Assembly (NCBI GenBank): GCA_963829855.1 | Contig: CAWHKE010000009.1 | Span: 4,202 to 68,201, forward strand | Reading direction: 5' to 3' | Source: an uncultured Actinomycetota bacterium | Lineage (GTDB): Bacteria; Actinomycetota; Actinomycetes; Propionibacteriales; Nocardioidaceae | DNA: 64,000 nt | Shown: positions 50,522-59,975 of the stretch, piece after piece | How positions within the stretch are numbered: the stretch's first letter is position 1 | Layout of the letters: each line of letters opens with the position of its first letter | Position numbers and translations under genes: made by a program | The notes under the pieces: model-generated | Seen by the model: the letters and a program-made list of their open reading frames with translations, nothing else | Database searches by the model: none | Told to the model about the DNA's origin: nothing

Positions 50522-51484
50522 ATGCCAGGGAATTCGCAGCGCAAGGGCTCGATCCGCAAGAGCTCCAAGAAGCCCACGGCCGGCTCCGGCGGCCGGGTGA
50601 AGCGCGGGCTGGAGGGCAAGGGCCCGACGCCGAAGGCGAAGGACCGCCCGAACCACAAGGTCTACAAGGCCAAGCAGCAGGCCGAGCGCGCCCAGTCGGC
50701 GCGCCCCCGGCGCCGGCCGGCCGTCTCCGACGCCGAGTGGGTGGCCGGGCGCAACTCGGTCGTCGAGGCGCTGCGTGCCGGCGTCCCCGTGACCGCCGTG
50801 TACGTCGCCGAGGGCGCCGACCGCGACAGCCGGCTGCGTGAGGCGTTCAAGATCGCGGCCGAGCAGGGCACCAGCCTGCTGGAGGTCACCCGCACCGAGC
50901 TCGACCGGCTCACCGGCAACGCCGTCCACCAAGGCCTCGCCGCCCGGATCCCGGCCTACGAGTACGCCCACGCCGACGACCTGGTGTCCCAGGCCGACGC
51001 GGCCGGCGAGCCGCCCCTGATCGTCGTGCTCGACCAGGTGACCGACCCCCGCAACCTCGGCGCGATCGTGCGCAGCGCGAGCGGCTTCGGCGCCCATGGC
51101 GTCGTGATCCCCGAGCGGCGCGCGGCGACGATGACGGCCAGCGCGTGGAAGACCAGCGCCGGAGCGGCTGCCCGGATCCCGGTCGCCCAGACGGTCAACC
51201 TGACCCGTCAGCTCAAGGCGTACCAGGACGCGGGCTGCATGGTCGTCGGGCTCGCCGCCGACGGCGAGCTCTCGCTGACCGAGCTGACCGCGCCCGACGG
51301 GCTGGCCGAGGGACCGCTCGTGGTGGTCGTCGGGGCCGAGGGCGGCGGGCTGTCCCGGCTGGTCGCCGAGACCTGCGACCAGCTGGTGTCCATCCCGATG
51401 GCGAACGATCTCGAGTCGCTCAATGCCGGAGTGGCGGCGTCAGTGACGCTCTACGCGATCGCGCAGGCCCGGACCGGACGGTGA
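50522..51484 (+). CDS. rlmB: 23S rRNA (guanosine-2'-O)-methyltransferase RlmB (SpoU/TrmH family)
   Basis: It has a basic N-terminal tail, then GRNSVVEAL, VLDQVTDPRNLGAIVRSA and SIPMANDLESLNAGVAASV. Confidence 0.92.
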   Translation: MPGNSQRKGSIRKSSKKPTAGSGGRVKRGLEGKGPTPKAKDRPNHKVYKAKQQAERAQSARPRRRPAVSDAEWVAGRNSVVEALRAGVPVTAVYVAEGADRDSRLREAFKIAAEQGTSLLEVTRTELDRLTGNAVHQGLAARIPAYEYAHADDLVSQADAAGEPPLIVVLDQVTDPRNLGAIVRSASGFGAHGVVIPERRAATMTASAWKTSAGAAARIPVAQTVNLTRQLKAYQDAGCMVVGLAADGELSLTELTAPDGLAEGPLVVVVGAEGGGLSRLVAETCDQLVSIPMANDLESLNAGVAASVTLYAIAQARTGR

Positions 51485-52998
51485 GGCGAGCCGCCGTCCC
51501 TCTCGTCCAGGGTCTCGGCCTGGCCGCGGTCTGGGCGGTGGTGGCGGTGACGGTCGGGCTCGGCTTCTTCCTCAACGCCGAGCGTGAGGCGGTCGTGGCC
51601 GGACACGACACGGTGATCCGGCCGACCCTCGACGGGTACGTCGTCGTCCACACGGGTCCGGTGCTGCCCGACCTCCGGCTCGACTCCGGGCGCCGGATCG
51701 GCGTCGACGTCACGCTCGGCAAGACGAACGCCAGCACCCTGGGCGAGCTCGTCGAGCGGTACGCCGTCATCGGTGCCCAGCCCGAGGGGTCGGTCGCGCG
51801 GGTGGAGGGGGCGGTGGCCGACATGGCCGCCGACGCCGCCGTCCGCGGCACGGTCGTCGGCCTCCTCCCGGTCGCCGTGTGGCTGCTGCTGGGGCCCGCC
51901 CGCCGGCGGGAGCTCTGGCGGGCGGCCCGCAGCCGGCGCGGGCTGGCGGTGGCGACCGTGACCGCGGTCGCCCTGGTCCTCGTGTGGGAGCCGTGGGAGG
52001 ACGACCAGCCGTCGATCGGGGAGGACCAGTCGTGGGTCGCGCTGCCGACCTACCTCGGCGACGCGGTCCCCGTGCCGTCGCAGCTGGCGGCCGTCGAGGT
52101 GCGCAGCGATCCCGGTGCGATCGACTCACGCCGCCTGATCGAGAGCGCCGTCTCGACGTACGAGCTCAGCAAGGAGTTCTACGACGAGGCCGCGGGCGCC
52201 GCCGGGCTGCTCGAGCTCCGCCAGCCCGCGGAGGGCGAGACGGTGGCGCTGCTGGTCTCGGACCGACACGACAACATCGGCATGGACAAGGTGGCGCGTG
52301 CGATCGGCGACCGGGCCGGGGCCACGGTGCTGCTCAACGCCGGCGACGACACCTCGACCGGGGAGGAGTGGGAGGCGTTCAGCCTCGACTCGGTGTCGGA
52401 GGCGTTCGACGGCTACGACCGGTTCGTCGCGACCGGCAACCACGACGAGGGCGACTTCGTCGCCGACTACTTCGGCGGCCTGGGGTGGACCGTGCTCGAC
52501 GGGTCGACCGAGGAGGGACCGGGCGGCGGCACCCTGGTCGGCGCCCCCGACCCTCGGTCGAGCGGCCTCGGCAACTGGCGCGACGCGAGCGGCCTCAGCT
52601 TCTCGGAGGTGGGCGACCTCTTCAGCGAGGAGCTGTGCGCCGCGGAGGAGCGGGTCAACACGGTGCTCGTGCACGACGTGAACCTGGCGGCCGACGCGCT
52701 GGAGCGCGGCTGCGTCGACCTGGTCGTGGGCGGCCACGTGCACGTCCGGATCGGACCCGACGCGGTGGAGGCCGAGAACGGCGCCGTCGGCTACAGCTAC
52801 ACCAACGGCACGACCGGCGGCGCGGCGTACGCCATCGCGATCGGCAGCAAGCCCCGCCGCGACGCGATGGTCTCGCTGGTCACCTATCGCGACGGCGTGC
52901 CGGCCGCGATCCAGTCGGTCACGCTGCAGACCAACGGCACGTTCGCGGTGGGCGAGTTCGTCGAGCTCGCACCGTCCGCGGGCGTGGACAGTCCGTGA
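51481..52998 (+). CDS. Membrane-anchored metallophosphoesterase
   Basis: The GTG overlaps the rlmB stop. The N-terminus has TM segments, followed by LLVSDRHDNIG, NAGDDTSTG, ATGNHDEG and GGHVHV. Confidence 0.8.
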   Translation: MRRAAVPLVQGLGLAAVWAVVAVTVGLGFFLNAEREAVVAGHDTVIRPTLDGYVVVHTGPVLPDLRLDSGRRIGVDVTLGKTNASTLGELVERYAVIGAQPEGSVARVEGAVADMAADAAVRGTVVGLLPVAVWLLLGPARRRELWRAARSRRGLAVATVTAVALVLVWEPWEDDQPSIGEDQSWVALPTYLGDAVPVPSQLAAVEVRSDPGAIDSRRLIESAVSTYELSKEFYDEAAGAAGLLELRQPAEGETVALLVSDRHDNIGMDKVARAIGDRAGATVLLNAGDDTSTGEEWEAFSLDSVSEAFDGYDRFVATGNHDEGDFVADYFGGLGWTVLDGSTEEGPGGGTLVGAPDPRSSGLGNWRDASGLSFSEVGDLFSEELCAAEERVNTVLVHDVNLAADALERGCVDLVVGGHVHVRIGPDAVEAENGAVGYSYTNGTTGGAAYAIAIGSKPRRDAMVSLVTYRDGVPAAIQSVTLQTNGTFAVGEFVELAPSAGVDSP

Positions 52999-53035
52999 CG
53001 AACCGGCGGCCGCCGGCGTCCCGGCAGCCAGGACG

Positions 53036-54280
53036 TCACGGACTACCGGTGTCGTCGGGGTCTGACGGCGCCGAGGCCGGTGCGGCCACCGCCTCCTCGG
53101 GCTTCGTGGTGAGGACGGTCTCGATGTAGTCGCGGGCTGCGTCGCGGATGCTGACCTCGGCGCCCTTCCGCTCGGAGAGGTACCAGCGGTGCACGAGGAT
53201 CTCGTGGAAGAGCTCCGCCGGCTCGAGCTTGCCGCGGGCGTCGGACGGCACCATGGCCATCAACGGCTCGTAGACCTCGGTGAGCCAGCGGTTCGCGACC
53301 AGCACGCGGTCCTCGCGGCCGAGGTCGTTGGCGGCGGTGTAGGCGGCGATGTCGTTGAGCATCCGGCGCGCCTGCGCGTCCTCGACGTTCATCCCGGTCA
53401 GGCCTTGCAGCTCGCGACGATGGTGGCCGAGCTCGACCACCTTCGGCTGGATGACGACCCGGTCGCCGTCGAAGTCGGTGACGATGTCGAGCTCCTCGAC
53501 GTCGAAACCGAGGTCGTTGAGGCGCTCGATCCGCTGCTCGATCCGCCACATCTCGCCGGCCGGGAACTCCTCCTCGCCGGTCAGCTCGCTCCACAGCGCG
53601 TCGTACCTGGTGTGGATCAGCTCGACCACGTCGGATGCGTCGACCTGGTCGTCGAGCTGGCCGCTGGCCTGGAGGTCCAGCAGCTCGGCGTAGACGTTCT
53701 CGCAACCGACCGTGAGGTCGTACTCGCGCATCGACCCCGACAGCTGCGGCCGGAGCTCGCCGGTCTCCGCGTCGACGAGGTACGCCGAGAAGCCGCCGGC
53801 GCTGCGACGGAAGAGCACGTTGGACAGGGACACGTCACCCCAGTAGAACTCCGCGAGGTGGAGCCGGACGAGCAGCACGACGAGCGCGTCGATCAGGTTC
53901 GGCAGGCTGTCGGCGGACAGCCCGTGGGAGAACAGGCTGCGGTAGGGCAGCGAGAAGCGCAGGTGCTCCGTGAGCAGGGCGGCCGGCAGCTCCGCGTCGT
54001 CCTCGTCCTCGCGGCCGGTGACCACGCCCTGCGGCACGACCGCCGGCAGGCCCATCCGCTGCAGGTCGCGCAGCAGGCGGTACTCGCGGAAGGCGATGGC
54101 CTCCTGGGTCTCCTTGACCGCGTACACCCGGTCGCGCAGCCGCACGATCCGCACGACGTGGCGCGACAGGCCGCGCGGGAGCGGCACGACGTAGTCGTCG
54201 CCCCAGTCCTCGAGCGGTGTGGACCAGGGCAAGGTCACGATCGCCGGATCGGGCCGGCTCGCGACGATCCTCAGGGCCAT
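53036..54280 (-). CDS. DUF4032 domain-containing protein (protein-kinase-like fold)
   Basis: MALRIVASRPDPAIVTLPWSTPLEDW...RGLSRHVVRIVRLRDRVYAVKETQEAIAFREYRLLRDL is the typical DUF4032 N-terminus. Confidence 0.8.
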   Translation of the reverse strand: MALRIVASRPDPAIVTLPWSTPLEDWGDDYVVPLPRGLSRHVVRIVRLRDRVYAVKETQEAIAFREYRLLRDLQRMGLPAVVPQGVVTGREDEDDAELPAALLTEHLRFSLPYRSLFSHGLSADSLPNLIDALVVLLVRLHLAEFYWGDVSLSNVLFRRSAGGFSAYLVDAETGELRPQLSGSMREYDLTVGCENVYAELLDLQASGQLDDQVDASDVVELIHTRYDALWSELTGEEEFPAGEMWRIEQRIERLNDLGFDVEELDIVTDFDGDRVVIQPKVVELGHHRRELQGLTGMNVEDAQARRMLNDIAAYTAANDLGREDRVLVANRWLTEVYEPLMAMVPSDARGKLEPAELFHEILVHRWYLSERKGAEVSIRDAARDYIETVLTTKPEEAVAAPASAPSDPDDTGSP

Positions 54281-54289
54281 GCGTCGAGC

Positions 54290-56395
54290 CTAGGGCGTGG
54301 CGGGCAGGTGCCGCGCGAGTCGGCGGGCCCGGTCGAGGTCGACGAGGTCCTCGAGCAGCAGCGGCGTGCCGTCGGGGCCCGCGAGCGGGATCCGCCAGTT
54401 GGGGTACTCCCGGTGGGTGCCCGGCTGGTTCTGCGTCCGGCGGTCACCCACCAGGTCGGCCAGCGAGACGCCGAGCAGCCGACTGGGGGCACACGCGAGC
54501 AGGCGGTGCAGGGCGGCGACCGTCTCCTCCTCGTCGGCGCCCTCGGACAGCAGCCCTCGCTCGCGCAGCAGCGACCGGAACGTCTCCTGCTCGTGCGCCG
54601 ACACCAGGAGCTCCTGCTCGACCGGTCGCGTGAGCAGCCCGAGCGAGTCGCGCAGCCGGACGTGGTCGCCCGCGAGGTAGCCCGCCGTCGGTGGCAGGTC
54701 GTGCGTGGTCACCGACGCCAGGCACAGCTCCCGCCAGGTCTCGGGTGGCCGGGGTGCGCCGTCCTCGCTCTCGAACCACAGGATCGAGGTGCCCAGCACT
54801 CCGCGACCGGCGAGGTAGTCGCGCACGAACGGCTCGACCACGCCGAGGTCCTCGCCCACGACGAAGCCGCCCGCCCGCTCGGCCTCCAGCACAAGGATCG
54901 AGACCAGGGCCTCGTGGTCGTAGCGGAGGTACGCGCCCTCCGACGACGGGGCACCCTGCGGGATGCACCAGAGCCGGAAGAGCCCCATGACGTGGTCGAT
55001 CCGGACCCCGCCCGCGTGCCGCAGCGCGGCCCGCAGCACCGCGCGGTACGGCGCGTAGCCCAGCTCGGCGAGGACGTCGGGCCGCCAGGGCGGCTGGGAC
55101 CAGTCCTGCCCGCGCTGGTTGAACGCGTCGGGTGGGGCGCCGACCGACAGCCCGCGAGCCAGCGCGGGGCCGAGCGTCCAGACCTCCGCCCCGGCGGGGT
55201 GGACGCCGACCGCGAGGTCGGTCACCAGCCCGATGGACATGCGGGCGTCGAGGGCGGCCGCCTGCGCGGCGGCCAGCTGCTCGTCGCAGAGCCACTGCAG
55301 CCAGCCGAAGAACCGCACCCGGTGCGCCAGCTTCCTCGCGAGCACGGCGACCTCCGGCGATCCGGGGTCACGCAGCTCCTCGGGCCAGTCGTCTCCGGCG
55401 AGGTGCTCGGCGAGCGCGCACCAGATGGCGAACTGGTGCAGCTCCGGGCCCTGGTCGGTCAGGAACGCCTCGAAGGCCCGCTCCCGCTCCGGAGTGCGGG
55501 GGGCGGCATGGATGAGGTCGAGGGCGGCGAGCTTGGCGGCGTACGACGCCTGCCGGTCGATCAGTCCGTCCTCGTCGTCGAACGGTCCGGCGGCGTACGC
55601 CTCGACCTTCGCGCGCTGCTTCTTCGGCAGGGCGGCGAGCTCGGGCACGTCGGTGACGCGCAGGTAGAGCGGGTTCAGGTAGCGGCGTGAGGTGGGGAGG
55701 TACGGCGAGTCCTCGATCGGCGGGACCGGCTCGGCGGCGTGGAGCGGGTTGACGAGCACGAAGTCCGCGCCGAGGCCGGCCGCCCAGCGGGCCTGGGTCG
55801 CGAGGTCGGACAGGTCGCCCACGCCCCAGGAGCCGCGCGACCGCACGGAGTAGAGCTGGGTCATCACGCCCCACACCTGGTGCGCGAGGTCGTCGGGCAG
55901 GTCGATCCGGTCGGGCGCCAGGATCAGCAGCCCCTCGCGGGTCTTCTCGCGGCTCGTGGCCCGCACCCGGTGGTAGCCGGTCGGGAGGTCGTCCGGCAGC
56001 ACGAACCTGGCCTCGCCGACCAGTCGGCCCTCGACCTCGCGCGGCGGGGTCCAGTGCTCCACCTGGGTCGCGTCGACCACGGCCCCGTCCTCCGTGACGA
56101 CCTGCAGCGCGAGCGGGTCGCCGTCGGGCACGTGCACCAGCACCTCGACCGGGTGCCCCGCGCGGCCGACGGTCACCGCGGGCAGCGCCCGGCGCCACGG
56201 CGCCTCGTCGAGGTCGGCGAGCGCGGCGTGCACCGACTCGTCGGTGCTCGCGTCGATGTCGAGCGCGCCGAGCAGCGCCTGCACCGTCTCGACCGTGACC
56301 GGGACGTGGTGGCCCTGCCAGTCCCAGTACTCCCGGGAGACTCCACACCGGTCCGCGAGCTCGGCGAGTGCCGGCCAGTCCTCGACGTGGGCCAC
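54290..56395 (-). CDS. malQ: 4-alpha-glucanotransferase (amylomaltase)
   Basis: It is 701 aa with SPYLPTSRRYLNPLYL, VRIDHVMGLFRLW, FVVGEDLGVV and the GH77 signatures TTHDLPPTAGY. Confidence 0.93.
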   Translation of the reverse strand: MAHVEDWPALAELADRCGVSREYWDWQGHHVPVTVETVQALLGALDIDASTDESVHAALADLDEAPWRRALPAVTVGRAGHPVEVLVHVPDGDPLALQVVTEDGAVVDATQVEHWTPPREVEGRLVGEARFVLPDDLPTGYHRVRATSREKTREGLLILAPDRIDLPDDLAHQVWGVMTQLYSVRSRGSWGVGDLSDLATQARWAAGLGADFVLVNPLHAAEPVPPIEDSPYLPTSRRYLNPLYLRVTDVPELAALPKKQRAKVEAYAAGPFDDEDGLIDRQASYAAKLAALDLIHAAPRTPERERAFEAFLTDQGPELHQFAIWCALAEHLAGDDWPEELRDPGSPEVAVLARKLAHRVRFFGWLQWLCDEQLAAAQAAALDARMSIGLVTDLAVGVHPAGAEVWTLGPALARGLSVGAPPDAFNQRGQDWSQPPWRPDVLAELGYAPYRAVLRAALRHAGGVRIDHVMGLFRLWCIPQGAPSSEGAYLRYDHEALVSILVLEAERAGGFVVGEDLGVVEPFVRDYLAGRGVLGTSILWFESEDGAPRPPETWRELCLASVTTHDLPPTAGYLAGDHVRLRDSLGLLTRPVEQELLVSAHEQETFRSLLRERGLLSEGADEEETVAALHRLLACAPSRLLGVSLADLVGDRRTQNQPGTHREYPNWRIPLAGPDGTPLLLEDLVDLDRARRLARHLPATP

Positions 56396-56445
56396 GGGAT
56401 CACCCTAGGCGGCGTCCCACCCGCGACGTGGGCCAGCCCGCACGA

Positions 56446-56850
56446 TCAGTAGGACTTCCCTTCGGCGTACCGGAGCCGCCGGGCGTGCCGACCTCGCCCC
56501 CGGTTGCGGCTCTTGTAGGTGGGAAGCTGCGAGTCGCAGTTGGGACAGACGAGTCGCAGGTTGCCCCTGTGGTTGTTCGTCGAGTCGCCGTCCACGTGAT
56601 CGAGGACGAAGCGCAGCGGCTTGCCCTCCCACTCCGCCTGCAGGCCGCAGAGGTCGCACTGACTTCCCTGCAGTTCGTCGAGGTACCGGCGGATGTAGTG
56701 GTTGGCCGCGGTGCCCGGGGTCGCCGCCCCCGTTCTCAGCCAGGACTCGAGAAGCAGCCACTGCTTCCTCGCTTGCTGGCACACAGCGCTGCAGTAGATG
56801 CGCTGCGAACGCTTTCCGAGAGGGTCACCGCAGGCCTGACACCAACGCAC
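56446..56850 (-). CDS. HNH endonuclease with an N-terminal zinc-ribbon-like CxxC...CxxC
   Basis: CQACGD...YCSAVCQ and DHVDGDSTNNHRGNLRLVCPNCD (H-N-H) are present. The start is moved to the GTG at 56850 because the track start (56910) lies inside the tRNA. Confidence 0.7.
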   Translation of the reverse strand: MRWCQACGDPLGKRSQRIYCSAVCQQARKQWLLLESWLRTGAATPGTAANHYIRRYLDELQGSQCDLCGLQAEWEGKPLRFVLDHVDGDSTNNHRGNLRLVCPNCDSQLPTYKSRNRGRGRHARRLRYAEGKSY

Positions 56851-56881
56851 GCCGCCCAACCTAGAGGCGTCCGCCGACAGA

Positions 56882-56953
56882 GCCGGTGACAGGAGTCGAA
56901 CCCGCGACATTTCCCTTACAAGGGGAACGCTCTACCAACTGAGCTACACCGGC
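56882..56953 (-). tRNA. tRNA-Thr (anticodon UGU)
   Basis: I folded it by hand as GCCGGTG-TA-GCTC-AGTTGGTA-GAGC-G-TTCCC-CTTGTAA-GGGAA-ATGTC-GCGGG-TTCGACT-CCTGT-CACCGGC. The acceptor, D and anticodon stems are perfect; the T stem has two G-U pairs. No CCA is encoded. Confidence 0.85.
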
Positions 56954-56992
56954 GAGGTGCGGCAATCCTAAGGATCGCGCGCCTCGGCGTGC

Positions 56993-57868
56993 TCACCGCA
57001 CCCGACGGACCCCGAACTCGCACGCGGGGAAGGCGATCGCGTCCTGGGCCTCGACCAGCCGCAGCTCGCGCTCGCCGGACTCGAGCGTCCGCTGCAGGAC
57101 CCCGAACACCGAGCTCACGGTCCGCGCGAGCGCGACGTCGGCCGACCCGGTGTCGTGCAGGTGCGCGGTGAACAGCGCTGCGGTGATGTCGCCGGAGCCG
57201 TTGGCCTTCATCGGCAGCCGGGGAGTCTCGACCAGCCAGGCGCCGTCGTCGGTGACCGCGAGCAGCCCGATCGAGTCGGTGCCGGTCTCGACGCTGGTCA
57301 CCAGGATCGTCGACGGCCCCATCGCTCGCGCCAGGTCGGCGCTGGCGAGCACCTCGTCGAGCGAGGACGGCGTGGTGTCGGTGAGGAAGCCGAGCTCGAA
57401 CTGGTTGGGCGTGATGACATCGGCCACCGGCACCACGCGCTCGCGGATGATCGGCGGGATCTCCGGGTTGACGAAGCAGCCCGAGGTCGCGTTGCCCATC
57501 ACCGGGTCGCAGGTGTAGGTCGCCGACGGGTTGGCCGCCTTGACCCGCCGTACCGCGTCGACGACGACGTCGGCGATGGCGGGGCTGCCCTGGTAGCCCG
57601 ACAGCACGGCGTCGCAGGTCGCGAGCACGCCACGATCCTCGATCCCCTCGACGACCGCCGAGACGTCGGCGGGGTCGATCAACGGGCCGCGCCAGGTGCC
57701 GTACCCGGTGTGGTTCGAGAAGTTCACCGTCAGCACCGGCCACACCTCGTGGCCCAACCGCTGCAGCGGGAAGACCGCGGCCGAGTTGCCGACGTGGCCG
57801 TAGGCGACGTGGGACTGGATCGACAGGATGCGCACCCGTCGATCCTGCCGCCGCGAAGGGGTGAGCAC
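56993..57868 (-). CDS. pdxY: Pyridoxal kinase
   Basis: ILSIQSHVAYGHVGNSAAVFPLQRLGHEVWPVLTVNFSNHTGYGTWRG closely parallels the E. coli PdxY N-terminus. Confidence 0.88.
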   Translation of the reverse strand: MLTPSRRQDRRVRILSIQSHVAYGHVGNSAAVFPLQRLGHEVWPVLTVNFSNHTGYGTWRGPLIDPADVSAVVEGIEDRGVLATCDAVLSGYQGSPAIADVVVDAVRRVKAANPSATYTCDPVMGNATSGCFVNPEIPPIIRERVVPVADVITPNQFELGFLTDTTPSSLDEVLASADLARAMGPSTILVTSVETGTDSIGLLAVTDDGAWLVETPRLPMKANGSGDITAALFTAHLHDTGSADVALARTVSSVFGVLQRTLESGERELRLVEAQDAIAFPACEFGVRRVR

Positions 57869-57899
57869 AAACCTTCCGCGCCTTCCCTAGGTTGGGGCG

Positions 57900-58472
57900 A
57901 TGTCTCCCCTCGACTGGATCTCCGGCTCCCCCTGGTCCTACGTCGTGGTCGCGCTCATGATCGCCGGCTCGGCGGTCTTCCCGCCGTTGCCGAGCGAGGC
58001 CTCGATGCTGACCGCGCTCAGCCTGGCACTGGAGGGCGAGCTGCTCCTGGTCCCGGCCGCGGCGGCAGCGGCGGCAGGTTCCGTCGGGGGCGATCTGGTC
58101 GCCTACGGCGTGGGCCGGGTCGCCGGCAGCCGTCGGGACGACGCGCGCAGCGGTGACGGGCGGATCGCCCGGGCGATCGCCTGGGTCGACGAGCGGGACG
58201 AGCAGTGGGGACCGGGCCTGATCGTGGGCGGTCGCTTCGTGCCGGGTGGGACCACGGCGGTCGGGATCACCGCCGGTGTCGTCCGCTTCCCGTTCCGCCG
58301 CTTCGTGACCTTCTCGCTCGTCGGTGCCGCGGTCTGGGTCGGCTACGGGGTGGGGCTCGCCTACCTGGGCGCGACCTTCATCCCCGGTGGCTGGTGGATG
58401 GGGACGCTCGTCGCCGTCGGGCTGGGCCTCGCGTTCGCCGGGTTCGTGCGCTGGCGCGACAAGCGCCGCTAG
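57900..58472 (+). CDS. DedA/VTT-domain family membrane protein
   Basis: FPPLPSEASML...GGRFVPGGTTAVGITAG is present, with 4-5 TM segments. Confidence 0.8.
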   Translation: MSPLDWISGSPWSYVVVALMIAGSAVFPPLPSEASMLTALSLALEGELLLVPAAAAAAAGSVGGDLVAYGVGRVAGSRRDDARSGDGRIARAIAWVDERDEQWGPGLIVGGRFVPGGTTAVGITAGVVRFPFRRFVTFSLVGAAVWVGYGVGLAYLGATFIPGGWWMGTLVAVGLGLAFAGFVRWRDKRR

Positions 58473-58480
58473 ACCGCTGC

Positions 58481-59254
58481 TCAGGCCACCTGCAGCGACC
58501 GCTTCGAGAGCCCCATCCAGAAGCCGTCGATGACCTGGAGTCCCGGCTCCTCCGGGTCGGTCGCCGCGCCGAGGGTCACGAAGAGCGGCGTGTAGTGCTC
58601 GACCGTCGGGTGGGCGTAGGGCATGCCCGGTGCCTGCGAGCCGTACGCCGCCAGCGCGTCGACGTCGCCGCGCGCCAGCGCCTCCCCGGCCCAGGCGTCG
58701 AAGTCGGACGACCAGCCCGGGACGTCGGCGTCGATCCGGAACTCCTTGAGGAACGGCAGGCCGTGGGTGAGGAAGCCGGAGCCGATGATCAGCACGCCCT
58801 CGTCGCGGAGCGGCCGCAACCGCTCGCCGAGCCGGAGCAGCCGGGTCGGGTCCTGGGTGGGCAGCGACATCTGGAGGACCGGGATGTCGGCGTCCGGGTA
58901 CATGATCCGCAGCGGCACCCACGCGCCGTGGTCGAGCCCGCGAGACGGGTGCTGGTGGACCGGCTCGTCCGCCGGCATCATCGCCGCGATCCGGGTGGCG
59001 AGCGCGGTGGCGTCGGGCGTCTCGTACGTCATCCGGTAGTACTTCGCCTCGAAGCCGCCGAAGTCGTAGACCAGCGGCGCCTGGCCGGCGCTGAGCATCA
59101 CCGGCGCCGACTCCCAGTGCGCGCTGACGATGAGGATCGCCTTCGGGCGCGGCAGGTCCGCCGCCCAGCGCGCGAGCTGGCTCGACCACACCGGGTCGTC
59201 GAGCAGCGGCGGCGCGCCGTGGCCGAGGTAGAGCGCGGGCATCCGGTCGGTCAT
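58481..59254 (-). CDS. Class III extradiol dioxygenase (LigB/YgiD, 4,5-DOPA dioxygenase-like)
   Basis: MPALYLGHGAPPLL...ILIVSAHWE...LDHGAWVPL...GSGFLTHG is present. The minus-strand TATTGT lies 7 nt before the ATG, so the mRNA may be leaderless. Confidence 0.88.
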   Translation of the reverse strand: MTDRMPALYLGHGAPPLLDDPVWSSQLARWAADLPRPKAILIVSAHWESAPVMLSAGQAPLVYDFGGFEAKYYRMTYETPDATALATRIAAMMPADEPVHQHPSRGLDHGAWVPLRIMYPDADIPVLQMSLPTQDPTRLLRLGERLRPLRDEGVLIIGSGFLTHGLPFLKEFRIDADVPGWSSDFDAWAGEALARGDVDALAAYGSQAPGMPYAHPTVEHYTPLFVTLGAATDPEEPGLQVIDGFWMGLSKRSLQVA

Positions 59255-59282
59255 GTCACCTACAATAGTTCAAAGTTCAATT

Positions 59283-59975
59283 TCATTCCCAGCCCTGCGC
59301 CCAGTCAACCGGTTCGCCACCCTGCTCCGCCAGCATCCGGTCGACCCGGCTGAACGGCTTCGACCCGAAGAAGCCGCGGCTGGCCGACAGCGGCGACGGG
59401 TGCACGGACTCGACCCACGGCACCGGGCCCAGCAACGGCTTCAGCGACTGGGCGTCACGACCCCAGAGGATCGCGGCCAGCGGACCGCCGCGGGCGGCCA
59501 GGGCGCGGATCGCGCACTCGGTGACCTCCTCCCAGCCGCGGCCCCGGTGGCTGGCGGACTCGCCCGGCCGCACCGTCAGCACCCGGTTGAGCAGCATCAC
59601 CCCCTGGTCGGCCCACGCCGTGAGGTCGCCGTGCTTCGGCGGTACGACGCCGAGGTCGTCGCGCAGCTCGACGTAGATGTTGCGGAGGCTGGCCGGCAGC
59701 GGCCACACGTCGCGCGCCACCGCGAAGCTCAGCCCGATCGGGTGCCCCGGCGTCGGGTACGGGTCCTGCCCGACGATCAACACCCGGACGTCGGCGAGCG
59801 GGCGCTGGAAGGCCCGCAGCACGTGGTCGCCGTCAGGGAGGTAGGAGCGGCCGGCCGCGAGCTCCTCACGCAGGAACCGGCCCATCGCCGTGATCCGCTC
59901 CTCGACCGGCGCGAGCGCCTCTGCCCAGTCGGTGGCGACCAGCCCTCGGTCGACCAGGCCAGCGAGCGTGCTCAC
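59283..59975 (-). CDS. ung: Uracil-DNA glycosylase (family 1)
   Basis: [29 protein letters not shown] and [11 protein letters not shown] are present. Confidence 0.95.
   Translation of the reverse strand: MSTLAGLVDRGLVATDWAEALAPVEERITAMGRFLREELAAGRSYLPDGDHVLRAFQRPLADVRVLIVGQDPYPTPGHPIGLSFAVARDVWPLPASLRNIYVELRDDLGVVPPKHGDLTAWADQGVMLLNRVLTVRPGESASHRGRGWEEVTECAIRALAARGGPLAAILWGRDAQSLKPLLGPVPWVESVHPSPLSASRGFFGSKPFSRVDRMLAEQGGEPVDWAQGWE

Noticed and set aside
48734-51097. 787-aa minus-strand ORF
   Set aside because: It is antisense to cysS and rlmB, both with diagnostic motifs, and is a GC-shadow ORF.
53189-55690. 833-aa plus-strand ORF
   Set aside because: It is antisense to the DUF4032 gene and malQ, and is a GC-shadow ORF.
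56851-56910. N-terminal 20 codons of the HNH ORF as listed in the track
   Set aside because: The listed ATG and the next GTG lie inside the tRNA-Thr gene, so the start was moved to the GTG at 56850.
56916-59189. 757-aa minus-strand ORF
   Set aside because: It runs through the tRNA, is out of frame with pdxY and the dioxygenase, and is antisense to the DedA gene. Its translation is RPGA-rich.
59255-59282. AT-rich 28-bp spacer (gtcacctacaatagttcaaagttcaatttc) with TTGAAC words resembling the SoxR-box promoter, considered as a possible second SoxR site
   Set aside because: It has no palindrome and no 19-nt-spaced -35/-10 pair around an inverted repeat. It is more simply a leaderless-type promoter (TATTGT 7 nt before the dioxygenase ATG).
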